Positions 19,502 through 28,026 of a stretch of 64,000 nucleotides of DNA are shown one piece after another. The translations under genes and the position numbers were made by a program. The DNA lies in NCBI GenBank assembly GCA_965221905.1, contig OZ244922.1, positions 2,880,001 to 2,944,000 of the forward strand, in the 5' to 3' direction. Under the pieces are notes generated by a model. The model made no database searches and was not told the DNA's origin. It saw nothing but the letters and a program-made list of their open reading frames with translations. Source of the DNA: Chloroflexota bacterium. Its GTDB lineage: Bacteria; Chloroflexota; UBA11872; VXOZ01. Position 1 is the first letter of the stretch. The number at the start of each line of letters is the position of its first letter.

Positions 19502-20968
19502 GTGGGCATCAGGATCTTACATACCAACGACTTGCATGGCTTCGTGCGCGCCGCGCCGCGCCTGGCGCACCGCGTGCAAGCAGAGCGCGCGCAACACGAC
19601 ACTGTCCTCTTCATAGACGTTGGTGACTTCTTTCGACTAAATCGCCACCGCCGTCCGCAAGATGATGACCACGTGACAGCCTGGACTCTGCGCTCGCTTG
19701 GGTACGACATCGTTACGCCCGGGAATTCGGAACTCTCGCGCTTCGATCCTTGGCATCTGGACTTCTTGATCGCTCAGAACTGCGGCGCCATGCTCTGCAC
19801 CAGCGGGTTCAACGCGCGTCTCCCAGCCTCGTGCCGACCCTACCGCGTGTTTACGCTGGATGGCATTCGGGTCTTGTTCATCGGTATCTGCACGGAAGAT
19901 GACCATTGGGACCTCGCGTCGCCCGCCAATAACTTCTACTCTTCGGCACGCCGTTCGGCGGCAAAGACCGCAAGCTTGGTCAACGCTTACCGCGACCGGG
20001 TTGATATGGTCATTGTGCTCTCACATTCCGGTATGGCGCAGGACATCCTGCTTGCCGAACAGATTCCAGAGATAGATCTCATTCTCAGCGGCCATTGCCA
20101 CCATCCAACACTAAGGCCGATCTGCATTGGTAAGACGAAAATCGTCCAGGCCGGCCTCAACGGCATGTTTATGGGTCAGGTGGATATAACATCCTCAGAT
20201 GGGAAACCTGTGATTGAGTCTATGCTGCATTCCATTGACGCGGAATCCCCTGAGGACCCGGTGATGGAGCGCCTTCTGCGCCTGCAGGGCCGACGGAAAG
20301 ACCCCGAAATGCTGCGAACCATCGGCACTGCCGGGGAGAATGTGGGACAGGGCTACCTTTCGAGCAATGGGCTAGGCAACACGGTCACGGACATTTGGCG
20401 CAAGGCGACAGGCGCCGATATTGCTTGGACGAAGGCGACCTTTATCACGCCGCTCTTTGCTCCAGGCCATGCGCTTACGGCCTGGGATATCCAGCTCTGC
20501 ATCAGAGGGTTCCCTCTCTCAAAAATGCTGACGCTGACAGGCAATCAAGTCCGGCAGGCGCTCGAACACAGTGTCGCAGACCAATCGTATGCCTTCTTGC
20601 CAACCGATCGGCGTGACGAACTCGTGGGGCATCTGGAATCCGCGTCGGCCCAGCCGGGCTGTAATTTCCTCCACCAATCCGGCATGCAGGTTCACGTCGA
20701 CTTGACGCAACCGTTCGGCGAACGAGTGCAAGAGATTCGAGTGGGTGACAAACCGCTGCAGCCGGAGGCTATGTACCGTGTGGCGATGGACGCATTCCAC
20801 GCCAGAGGCGGATCGGCGTTTACGATGCTTGCCGATGCCCAAAGCCGAGAGGATCTAAGCATGGAAAACCCGATTGAGGCGTACGTGCGCGAGAATGGGA
20901 CTCTCGAGGGTACGCTCGATGAGCGCTACAGCATCGTTGGGGCCACAGCGCTTGCCGCGCCGGCATGA
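19502..20968 (+). CDS. Bifunctional metallophosphatase / 5'-nucleotidase family protein (no signal peptide)
   Basis: ILHTNDLHG, DVGD, LSHSG, ILSGHCH, IVQAG; C-terminal 5'-nucleotidase domain (LTGNQVRQALE, YRVA). Confidence 0.8.
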   Translation: MGIRILHTNDLHGFVRAAPRLAHRVQAERAQHDTVLFIDVGDFFRLNRHRRPQDDDHVTAWTLRSLGYDIVTPGNSELSRFDPWHLDFLIAQNCGAMLCTSGFNARLPASCRPYRVFTLDGIRVLFIGICTEDDHWDLASPANNFYSSARRSAAKTASLVNAYRDRVDMVIVLSHSGMAQDILLAEQIPEIDLILSGHCHHPTLRPICIGKTKIVQAGLNGMFMGQVDITSSDGKPVIESMLHSIDAESPEDPVMERLLRLQGRRKDPEMLRTIGTAGENVGQGYLSSNGLGNTVTDIWRKATGADIAWTKATFITPLFAPGHALTAWDIQLCIRGFPLSKMLTLTGNQVRQALEHSVADQSYAFLPTDRRDELVGHLESASAQPGCNFLHQSGMQVHVDLTQPFGERVQEIRVGDKPLQPEAMYRVAMDAFHARGGSAFTMLADAQSREDLSMENPIEAYVRENGTLEGTLDERYSIVGATALAAPA

Positions 20969-20992
20969 CCGCAGCATGAACGTCGAGTACAC

Positions 20993-21889
20993 GTGATTCG
21001 CACGCTGCTTTCACTCACCGCTATCGGGGCCCTTGGCGTGGGGGCTTACGGAGCCTTCATTGAGCCATACCGCCTGGGCGTGCGGCGCGTCCGCGTGCCT
21101 GTATCGTCCCTCCGCGCACCCAATGTCGCTATTCGCATTCTCCATATTACCGACTTGCACTTTCGCGCTGGGGATTCGCGGCGGGTGCGCATGCTGCAGC
21201 AGCTTTCCGAATTGAAACCCGATCTCCTGCTCCTGACGGGCGACCTTATCCACGGCGGTCGTGATCCTGACGCCGAACTGCAGACGGTTCTTGAGGCGCT
21301 CGCGCCATTCCGCGCCAACTATGGCGCTTACGCCGTGCTTGGAAATCACGACCACGTGCGCCGCCACCGCATACGAAGCTGGTTCGGGCACCCGTTGCAC
21401 TTTCACGATACGAGTAACCTGGTGCGGACGCTGGAGTCCCACCAAATTCGAGTTCTCACCAACACCCATGCCAACGTTACTATTCACGGACAGCCCCTCA
21501 CACTCGTTGGCGTGGACGATCCCTTCTACTGGCTTGATGACATTCAGCGTGCGACGGCGGGAGCGCCAAAGGACACCACGCGCTTGCTGCTGGCGCACAC
21601 GCCCGACATCATTCGCACCTTGGGCGACGAACGGTTTGATCTCATACTTTCCGGCCACACGCACGGCGGGCAAATACGCTTGTCGGAGAGCATCGTTTGG
21701 CATACAAACACGCGCATCAAGCTGCCGCGCAACTCCGGCTTGATGCGGGTCGGAGACCACCTCGTCTATTGCTCCGGCGGCATTGGGGTCTCCGTGCTGC
21801 CAATCCGCCTCAATTGCCCGCCCGAAGTGGGATGGATCGAGCTTGTGGCGGCACAGCCTGCAGAGCCGCAGCGCTCTGCAACAGCGTAG
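20993..21889 (+). CDS. Metallophosphoesterase (YkuE/YaeI-like)
   Basis: HITDLH, TGDL, VLGNHD, LAHTPD, LSGHTHGGQ, RLNCPPE. Confidence 0.88.
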   Translation: MIRTLLSLTAIGALGVGAYGAFIEPYRLGVRRVRVPVSSLRAPNVAIRILHITDLHFRAGDSRRVRMLQQLSELKPDLLLLTGDLIHGGRDPDAELQTVLEALAPFRANYGAYAVLGNHDHVRRHRIRSWFGHPLHFHDTSNLVRTLESHQIRVLTNTHANVTIHGQPLTLVGVDDPFYWLDDIQRATAGAPKDTTRLLLAHTPDIIRTLGDERFDLILSGHTHGGQIRLSESIVWHTNTRIKLPRNSGLMRVGDHLVYCSGGIGVSVLPIRLNCPPEVGWIELVAAQPAEPQRSATA

Positions 21890-21897
21890 CAGCACAG

Positions 21898-22575
21898 ATG
21901 CTAGGCCCTATCTTACGTCTCCTCTTTTCCTTCATCCTGCTGCCGCTGCTCTTAGTCCTTCTCCATGTGCAAGCAGTCTCGCTGGCATTCTCCAACATGG
22001 GTCTGTCACCTACGCTTGTGATCATAATCTTCTACCTCTCTCTGCTGGGGAGCTTCGTAAACGTCCCCATTTCGCGCCGCAGGATTCGGGTAGAAAGGAA
22101 GTCGCTGCTGCCCTTTCCCTTTTTCCTCCCGCTCTTCTACTACCCGCCGCGCGTACAAGAGCAAGTGGTCGCGGTGAACGTGGGCGGCGCGGTGGTCCCT
22201 CTATTGCTATCGCTCTACGTCTTGCCGAAGGCGCCAATGGGTAGTGTGCTCTTGGCTACCTCGGTAGTGGCCGCCGTATGCTTCGCGCTGGCGCGTCCGG
22301 TAGAGGGCGTGGGAATCACCATGCCCGCGCTAATACCGCCAATCATCGCAGCCGTACTGGCGTATCTGCTCGTCCCCGATCCTGTAGGGCGCACCGCGGT
22401 GGCCTACACGGCCGGGGTACTGGGCACCCTGATCGGTGCTGACATCCTCAATTTACCGCGCATCCACCGACTGGGCCGACTTAGTCGCAGTCGCGCTCAC
22501 GTTGTCAGCATTGGCGGGGCGGGGGTCTTTGATGGTATCTTCCTGGTAGGTATCTTGGCAGCAATTCTCACGTGA
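21898..22575 (+). CDS. DUF1614 family membrane protein
   Basis: SLLGSFVNVP, VAVNVGGAVVP, GTLIGADILNL, SIGGAGVFDGIFL. Confidence 0.85.
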   Translation: MLGPILRLLFSFILLPLLLVLLHVQAVSLAFSNMGLSPTLVIIIFYLSLLGSFVNVPISRRRIRVERKSLLPFPFFLPLFYYPPRVQEQVVAVNVGGAVVPLLLSLYVLPKAPMGSVLLATSVVAAVCFALARPVEGVGITMPALIPPIIAAVLAYLLVPDPVGRTAVAYTAGVLGTLIGADILNLPRIHRLGRLSRSRAHVVSIGGAGVFDGIFLVGILAAILT

Positions 22576-22582
22576 GGAAGCA

Positions 22583-23800
22583 ATGAGCACAGCAGAAGTA
22601 CAAACACGAGTCCGCGCACTGCAACCGGAACTCGTAGCCATACGCAGAGAAATCCACCAACACCCCGAAGTAGCCTTTGAACTGGATAGAACGACTCGCA
22701 TTGTCGCTGACCGCCTCGCGGCATCAGGCTGGGAAGTTGAGACGGACGTGGGCGGGCAGGGCGTGGTCGGCATCCTGCACGGCAGCCGCCCCGGAAAGGT
22801 GCTCGCTATCCGTCCCGACATGGACGCACTGCCTTTCCCAGACTGGAAGCAAGTGCCCTACGCCTCGCAAACCCCAGACGTGATGCACGCCTGCGGACAC
22901 GACGCCCACACGGCTATTGGGATCGGCATCGCCGACATCCTCGCGAACATGCGCGACCAGTTCCAAGGGACGGTCAAGCTGCTCTTCGATCCGGCAGAGG
23001 AGACGGGCGGGGCATCTGAAGCCCTGGGCGGCCCGCCGTGCGGACCCAAGGCGCTCCGCGCCGCCGGCGTGCTCGAGAATCCCAAGGTGGACGCCCTGAT
23101 GGGGTTTCACAACCTGCCGGAGATTCCCGTTGGACAGGTCTGGGTGCGCTCCGGCGTTATCTTCACCGGCTACGATACGTTTGCAATGGAAGTTACGGGA
23201 AAAGAGACCCACGCCGCGCGCCGCCATCAGGGCAAGGACGCAATTCTAGCAGCGAGCAACGTCATCCAAACGCTCTATGGGGCCGGTTCCCGCATGGCGC
23301 CGGCAAACCAGGTCTACTCCCTGAACATCGGCCTCATCGAGGGCGGCAAAGACTACAACCTGATTCCATCTACGGTTAGAATGAGGGGCACCGTGCGCTG
23401 CGGCGACCTCCCTACCCGCGCGGACCTCGGCAAGCGCTTGGAAGCCCTCGTGCATCCCGCGGCGGAGAGCGCGGACTGCACCGTGGATTTCAAATTTACC
23501 CCCGGCAATCCACCAGTGGTCAACGAGCCCGCCTTGACCTCGCTCGTGCATGAAACTGCAGCTTCAGTGCTTGGCACGGAGAACGCCGTGATAATGGACG
23601 CCCCCCTGCTCATTGGGGATACGTTCTGCTTCCTGGCAGAAGGGGTGCCCAGCGTCTACTGGCTGTTCGGCTCCGGCAATGCCGAACGCGGAATCACCCA
23701 TCCGCTCCACCACAGCCTCTACGACCTCGACGAAGCTTCCATCGGACACGCGCTGCAAGTAGCAGTTGAAGCCAGCCTGGCGTATCTCAACGGCAGCTAG
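22583..23800 (+). CDS. M20 family amidohydrolase / peptidase
   Basis: RREIHQHPE, RPDMDALP, MHACGHDAH, PAEE, PLHH. Confidence 0.88.
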   Translation: MSTAEVQTRVRALQPELVAIRREIHQHPEVAFELDRTTRIVADRLAASGWEVETDVGGQGVVGILHGSRPGKVLAIRPDMDALPFPDWKQVPYASQTPDVMHACGHDAHTAIGIGIADILANMRDQFQGTVKLLFDPAEETGGASEALGGPPCGPKALRAAGVLENPKVDALMGFHNLPEIPVGQVWVRSGVIFTGYDTFAMEVTGKETHAARRHQGKDAILAASNVIQTLYGAGSRMAPANQVYSLNIGLIEGGKDYNLIPSTVRMRGTVRCGDLPTRADLGKRLEALVHPAAESADCTVDFKFTPGNPPVVNEPALTSLVHETAASVLGTENAVIMDAPLLIGDTFCFLAEGVPSVYWLFGSGNAERGITHPLHHSLYDLDEASIGHALQVAVEASLAYLNGS

Positions 23801-23892
23801 GTCTGTTTCAGAACAGAGAACGCAAGCCGATCCTCACCTCCAGTTCAGCAACTGGATGAGTTTGCAATGCAGAAGAACAGCTACTTCTGCAG

Positions 23893-24324
23893 TCAGCCTG
23901 GCAGGTACGCTAGCAACTCCGGCTCGATATCCTCCAACGGGAGGGCTTCATGGCAGATTGTGACGTCCGGCAACGATCCGCCAGGAAGCCAAATAATGCG
24001 CCCAACCACCAGATTATTCGCAACGAAGAGCACCAGTATGCGCGCGTGCGGGTAGCGGGCATGGAGGAATTCCGCAAACGGCAGCATGCGCTCCCGGCGT
24101 TGGGCGTCATCGAAGCCGTGCCACGTCGCTACCGAAGGCTCATCCAGCGGCATGACGATTAGATTGGCGGCGATTACCGCGGGCCGATATTCATCATCCG
24201 TGCCGGCTCCATCCATGCTCTCCGGATTGAGCGAGAGGAAGGCGTCGCAATTCCAATGCTCGCGCTTCTCCTGTCGGGAAATGTGGTCAGCGGCGGAGCG
24301 CGCTTCTCGGTTATTGCCTGCCAT
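23893..24324 (-). CDS. Hypothetical protein
   Basis: 143 aa ORF filling the gap between the M20 gene and mutL; G-rich RBS-like stretch upstream; no recognised motif. Confidence 0.5.
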   Translation of the reverse strand: MAGNNREARSAADHISRQEKREHWNCDAFLSLNPESMDGAGTDDEYRPAVIAANLIVMPLDEPSVATWHGFDDAQRRERMLPFAEFLHARYPHARILVLFVANNLVVGRIIWLPGGSLPDVTICHEALPLEDIEPELLAYLPG

Positions 24325-24447
24325 GATTGTCGTTAGCCCCTGTTTGGGAAAACTGAGTCTTCGTTTTTAAAGCGGAGGACAAGCCCTAATATTGTCGCAT
24401 TAACTTTTCTGGCAAGGAACATGGCGCTTTCATTGCCCCACATCTCC

Positions 24448-24594
24448 GGTAGCGCAGGTTTGCAACCTGCGTCTGTTTTAGGGTCAATCCCTTGCGCACC
24501 CGTTTCTCTCAGCGAAAATGCTAAAGACGCGCCCTGTGCTGCTGACGTGGCCGCAGTTCCGCGTGCTCTGGCGGGGGACAAGCCCCCGCGCTAC
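24448..24594. repeat. Two REP-like palindromes (GTAG-type)
   Basis: GGTAGCGCAGGTTTGCAACCTGCG at 24448 and GCGGGGGACAAGCCCCCGCGCTAC at 24571. Confidence 0.6.
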
Positions 24595-24650
24595 ATTTCA
24601 TCTTTCGTCTGGGCAGTCATACCCACTACACTATGGAATTTTATTCTTGG

Positions 24651-26360
24651 TCACGTGCGTCCGAATTCCCGCGCCAATTGCGAGTGCGAAAGACGCACCA
24701 TCGTGGGCCGGCCGTGGGGACACGTGCGCGCAAGGTCGCAGCGCTCCAACGCGCCCAACAGCGCCTCAATCTGCTCGTGCGAGAGCGTGTCTCCGGCCTT
24801 TACCGCTCCGTGGCATGCAATTATCCATCGGAGCCGCTCCAGGGGATCGCCGCGATAGTCGGGGTTATCCTTTTGCTCGATCACCGTCGCTACAAATTGC
24901 CCCCAGTCATGACCTTTCTCCGCGAGGAAAACGGGAACCGCCCGCAATAGCCATGCGCCGCTGCCAAAGGGCTCCAGCGCAAACCCCATGCGCTGGATTT
25001 CCTCCACGTGCGCCTCCAGCCATTGCAGGTGCGTCGGCGCAAGTGAAAGCGGCTGCGGCTGGAGTAACTGCTGGCTTTGTGCTTCGGGCAAGCGCTTGAG
25101 CACGGCTTCGTAGAGGACACGCTCGTGCGCTGAATGCTGGTCGATTAGATACATGCCGTCGAATCCCTCGGCAATCACGTACATCGCGCTGAGTTGTCCC
25201 ACGACGCGCAACTCTGAGGGCGCAACTGGAGCGGCGGGCGCCGAACCGTTGTCCGGTGCGACCGATGCGTCATCTGCCGGACGAAAGAGGTCTACCGCCT
25301 GCGCGGATCGGCCCGGGCTCACGGGCGCTTCGGTTCCGCGCCACGAATCCATGGACTGGAAGTGCTGGCGCATTGGCTGCACTGCCACGTGCTGCGCCAG
25401 TTCCGATCGCATCACGTGGCGCATCTGCCGCATGACACGGCCGCTATCCTTTAGCCGAATGTCAGACTTTTGCGGGTGGACGTTTACGTCGACTTCCTCC
25501 CATGGGAGCGAGACGTCCAAGGCTGCCAATGGGTACCGTCCGTCAGGCATGAGCTCTGCGTATACGTCCGTGACAGCATAGGCTAGGGCCCGCTGCTGCA
25601 CCCAGCGGCCGTTTACGAAAAGAGAAACTCCCGTCCGGTTGCCGCGATTCACGGTGGGCTGAACGAGCACGCCGTGCATTAGCGGATCATCCACTGGAAT
25701 CAATTGCTCGGCAATCTCGTGGCCGTACATTGAGATAAAGACGTCCTCCATCCGTCCGCTGCCACTTGAAGAAAAGACCTCTCGCCCATTGACGCTAAGT
25801 TCAAAGCGCACCGCGGGATGGCTCAGAGCAAGATGCTGCACGCACTGGACGATTCGCTGCGTTTCGGCCTGAGGGCTCTTACAAAAGGCGAGCCGCGCCG
25901 GTACGTTGAAGAAAAGGTGCCGCACATCCACGGCAGTGCCTACCGGCCCGGCCGTCGCCGCCATCTCGGTCTGCTCGCCGCCAACGGCTGTCAGCACATG
26001 CGCCGACCAGTCCTGTGCCGTTCGGGATCGGATATCCAGATGGGAAACCGCCGCTATTGAAGCCAGCGCTTCACCCCGAAACCCCAGCGTGCGTATGGCC
26101 GCAAGATCATCCACACTGCTGATCTTGCTAGTGGCGTAACGGCGCACCGTGAGCGGGAGATCCTCCGCTACAATCCCAATTCCGTTGTCTTCAACACCGA
26201 TACGGCGCAATCCGCCCTGCTCGATTCCAACGGTGATGGCAGTGGCCTGGGCATCGAGGGCGTTCTCACAGAGTTCCTTCACCACCGATGCCGGACGTTC
26301 GACTACTTCCCCTGCCGCAATCTTCGCCGCAAGTGCGGCAGGCAATATTTTGACGGCCAT
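24651..26360 (-). CDS. mutL: DNA mismatch repair endonuclease MutL
   Basis: IAAGEVVERPASVVKEL, TLGFRGEALASI, VDVNVHP, DQHSAHER, CPHGRP. Confidence 0.96.
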   Translation of the reverse strand: MAVKILPAALAAKIAAGEVVERPASVVKELCENALDAQATAITVGIEQGGLRRIGVEDNGIGIVAEDLPLTVRRYATSKISSVDDLAAIRTLGFRGEALASIAAVSHLDIRSRTAQDWSAHVLTAVGGEQTEMAATAGPVGTAVDVRHLFFNVPARLAFCKSPQAETQRIVQCVQHLALSHPAVRFELSVNGREVFSSSGSGRMEDVFISMYGHEIAEQLIPVDDPLMHGVLVQPTVNRGNRTGVSLFVNGRWVQQRALAYAVTDVYAELMPDGRYPLAALDVSLPWEEVDVNVHPQKSDIRLKDSGRVMRQMRHVMRSELAQHVAVQPMRQHFQSMDSWRGTEAPVSPGRSAQAVDLFRPADDASVAPDNGSAPAAPVAPSELRVVGQLSAMYVIAEGFDGMYLIDQHSAHERVLYEAVLKRLPEAQSQQLLQPQPLSLAPTHLQWLEAHVEEIQRMGFALEPFGSGAWLLRAVPVFLAEKGHDWGQFVATVIEQKDNPDYRGDPLERLRWIIACHGAVKAGDTLSHEQIEALLGALERCDLARTCPHGRPTMVRLSHSQLAREFGRT

Positions 26361-26671
26361 GCTTAGTTCCTTTCCACGTTCTCCCTGGTAGCAGGATAGC
26401 AATCGCAACCGTTGGGGGTCAAAAGCCCCCGCCGATCATGCGCACATTGACGGGTTGAATCTGGAAGGGGATACAAGCCCTTGCAACGGACCTGCCGGAC
26501 GGAAACACAGTTCCGCTCGTTTCTTTGACCCGCCTAGAATCGCTAGGCTCACGTCCGGAGTGCGGACAAAGTCAAAGACTAACCCTCTGCCACTGCAAAC
26601 ACAAACCTAGAGCGATTGAGTCATATATAACTCTCTTCACCATCAAATCTAATATATATATATAAAGATAC

Positions 26672-26700
26672 TTGACAGAGAGCCACGCATCTTTTAGAAT
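26672..26700 (+). promoter_or_regulatory. Sigma70-type promoter of hsp20
   Basis: TTGACA-17 nt-TAGAAT, preceded by an AT-rich tract; GGAGG RBS downstream. Confidence 0.75.
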
Positions 26701-26747
26701 GCTACTAGAGGCTTGGTTCAAAACTAACAACAAGTGGAGGTAATACC

Positions 26748-27197
26748 ATGGCTGAACTCAAGCGCTACGAGCCCCACACGTTCGCAACCGCACAGGACAT
26801 CTTCGATCGACTATTCGATCGGTCCCTCTTTGGCCCGGGACTCTTCTCAAATGGGACCACACCGCACGCAAGCCGAGGCTTCCCATCCAACCTATGGGAA
26901 ACCGACGAGGCATACGTGCTGGAGCTGGCGATACCGGGTGTCAACCCTGACGACGTCGAAATGACCCTGAGCAAAGGCAGCTTGATCATTAAGGGCCGGT
27001 ACGATCAATCCGAGACCACCGCTGGAACCCGAATCTGGCATAATCTGCCTGAGGGCAAATTCGAGATTGCGTACACGTTGCCGAGCGCTGTCTACGCCGA
27101 CGAGGCTGCGGTCTCCTGGTCGAACGGCATCTTCAAGGTGCACCTGCCCAAGGAGGAGAAAGCCAAGTCAAAGCGGCTAAAGATTAACGTCGGCTAG
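26748..27197 (+). CDS. Hsp20 / alpha-crystallin small heat shock protein
   Basis: NLWETDEAYVLELAIPGV, NGIFKVHLPK, alpha-crystallin layout with C-terminal IxV. Confidence 0.9.
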   Translation: MAELKRYEPHTFATAQDIFDRLFDRSLFGPGLFSNGTTPHASRGFPSNLWETDEAYVLELAIPGVNPDDVEMTLSKGSLIIKGRYDQSETTAGTRIWHNLPEGKFEIAYTLPSAVYADEAAVSWSNGIFKVHLPKEEKAKSKRLKINVG

Positions 27198-27238
27198 TGG
27201 GAATCTCTCTGTAGGTACCTGCCCATTCGTAAACCAAG

Positions 27239-27272
27239 ACGCCCACGGAGCTTGCACGAGCTCCGTGGGCGT
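27239..27272 (+). terminator. Hairpin downstream of hsp20
   Basis: ACGCCCACGGAGCT...AGCTCCGTGGGCGT 14 bp stem. Confidence 0.55.
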
Positions 27273-27443
27273 AATGGATTCATTCGCGACGTGGTCTAGA
27301 GCTGCCTCTCCCGCACACCATGGATATGAAGTTGCAGCGCCACATGCACTCCGGTCCCCAGATTGGGGCAAACTCCCGAAAGGGTCGCATACAGAGTTAG
27401 AGAGAAGCATTTTGACGCAGCGCCGCCCTGGGTGGCAAACGTA

Positions 27444-27471
27444 GTAGGGGCACGGCATGCCGTGCCCCTAC
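27444..27471. repeat. REP-like palindrome (GTAG-type)
   Basis: Perfect palindrome GTAGGGGCACGGCATGCCGTGCCCCTAC. Confidence 0.75.
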
Positions 27472-27641
27472 CTCATTACAAAAGACTTCAAGCCTCACAA
27501 ATCGCATGGCCGCCAAGTAGCCCTAGGCAGTTATCATAGCGGGGCCACCGGAGTCAAGCACAAGGGCTGACGGAATTAGTAGACCTAGGCTTGAAGCCTT
27601 TGCGAGGCAGCGGTTCTTGTCATTTGCATATTGCCTTTTGG

Positions 27642-27757
27642 TGTCATTCCGAGCGCAGCGTCGAACAGGGTTCGCGGAATCTAGAATGCTCCCGACTCTA
27701 GATTCTTCGTCGCGGAGTTTATCCTGAGCCTGCCGAAGGGCTCCTCAGAGAATGACA
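27642..27757. repeat. Composite palindromic repeat (GTCATTC...GAATGACA) with a nested CTGAGCC..GAAGGG unit
   Basis: Terminal TGTCATTC/GAATGACA, internal GAATCTAGA/TCTAGATTC stem, CCTGAGCCTGCCGAAGGG insert. Confidence 0.65.
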
Positions 27758-28026
27758 GTTTGAGGACCTGGCTTAGGCCTGGGTACGGCCACGTGTCTTG
27801 CATGTGACCCATCTAAGCCCAAAGCTACTAATTCCAAGGGCTAACTGCCTGTATTTCTCGCGCACGCGAGAATCCAACTTCTGGGCTCCACACCCACCAT
27901 CTATTTTGGAGCAAAAGACTTCGCCCCGCTATTCTCACCTTTGCCAGGTAGAACCATGCATCGCAATCCAAAGCTTCCCATCATGCACAGAGCTTAGTTG
28001 GAAACGCTCCACCGCCTTCAAGCCCC

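Noticed and set aside
27198-28026. CRISPR array or tRNA in the repeat-rich gap
   Set aside because: Repeats are heterogeneous palindromes without regular repeat-spacer periodicity; no cas genes or cloverleaf seen
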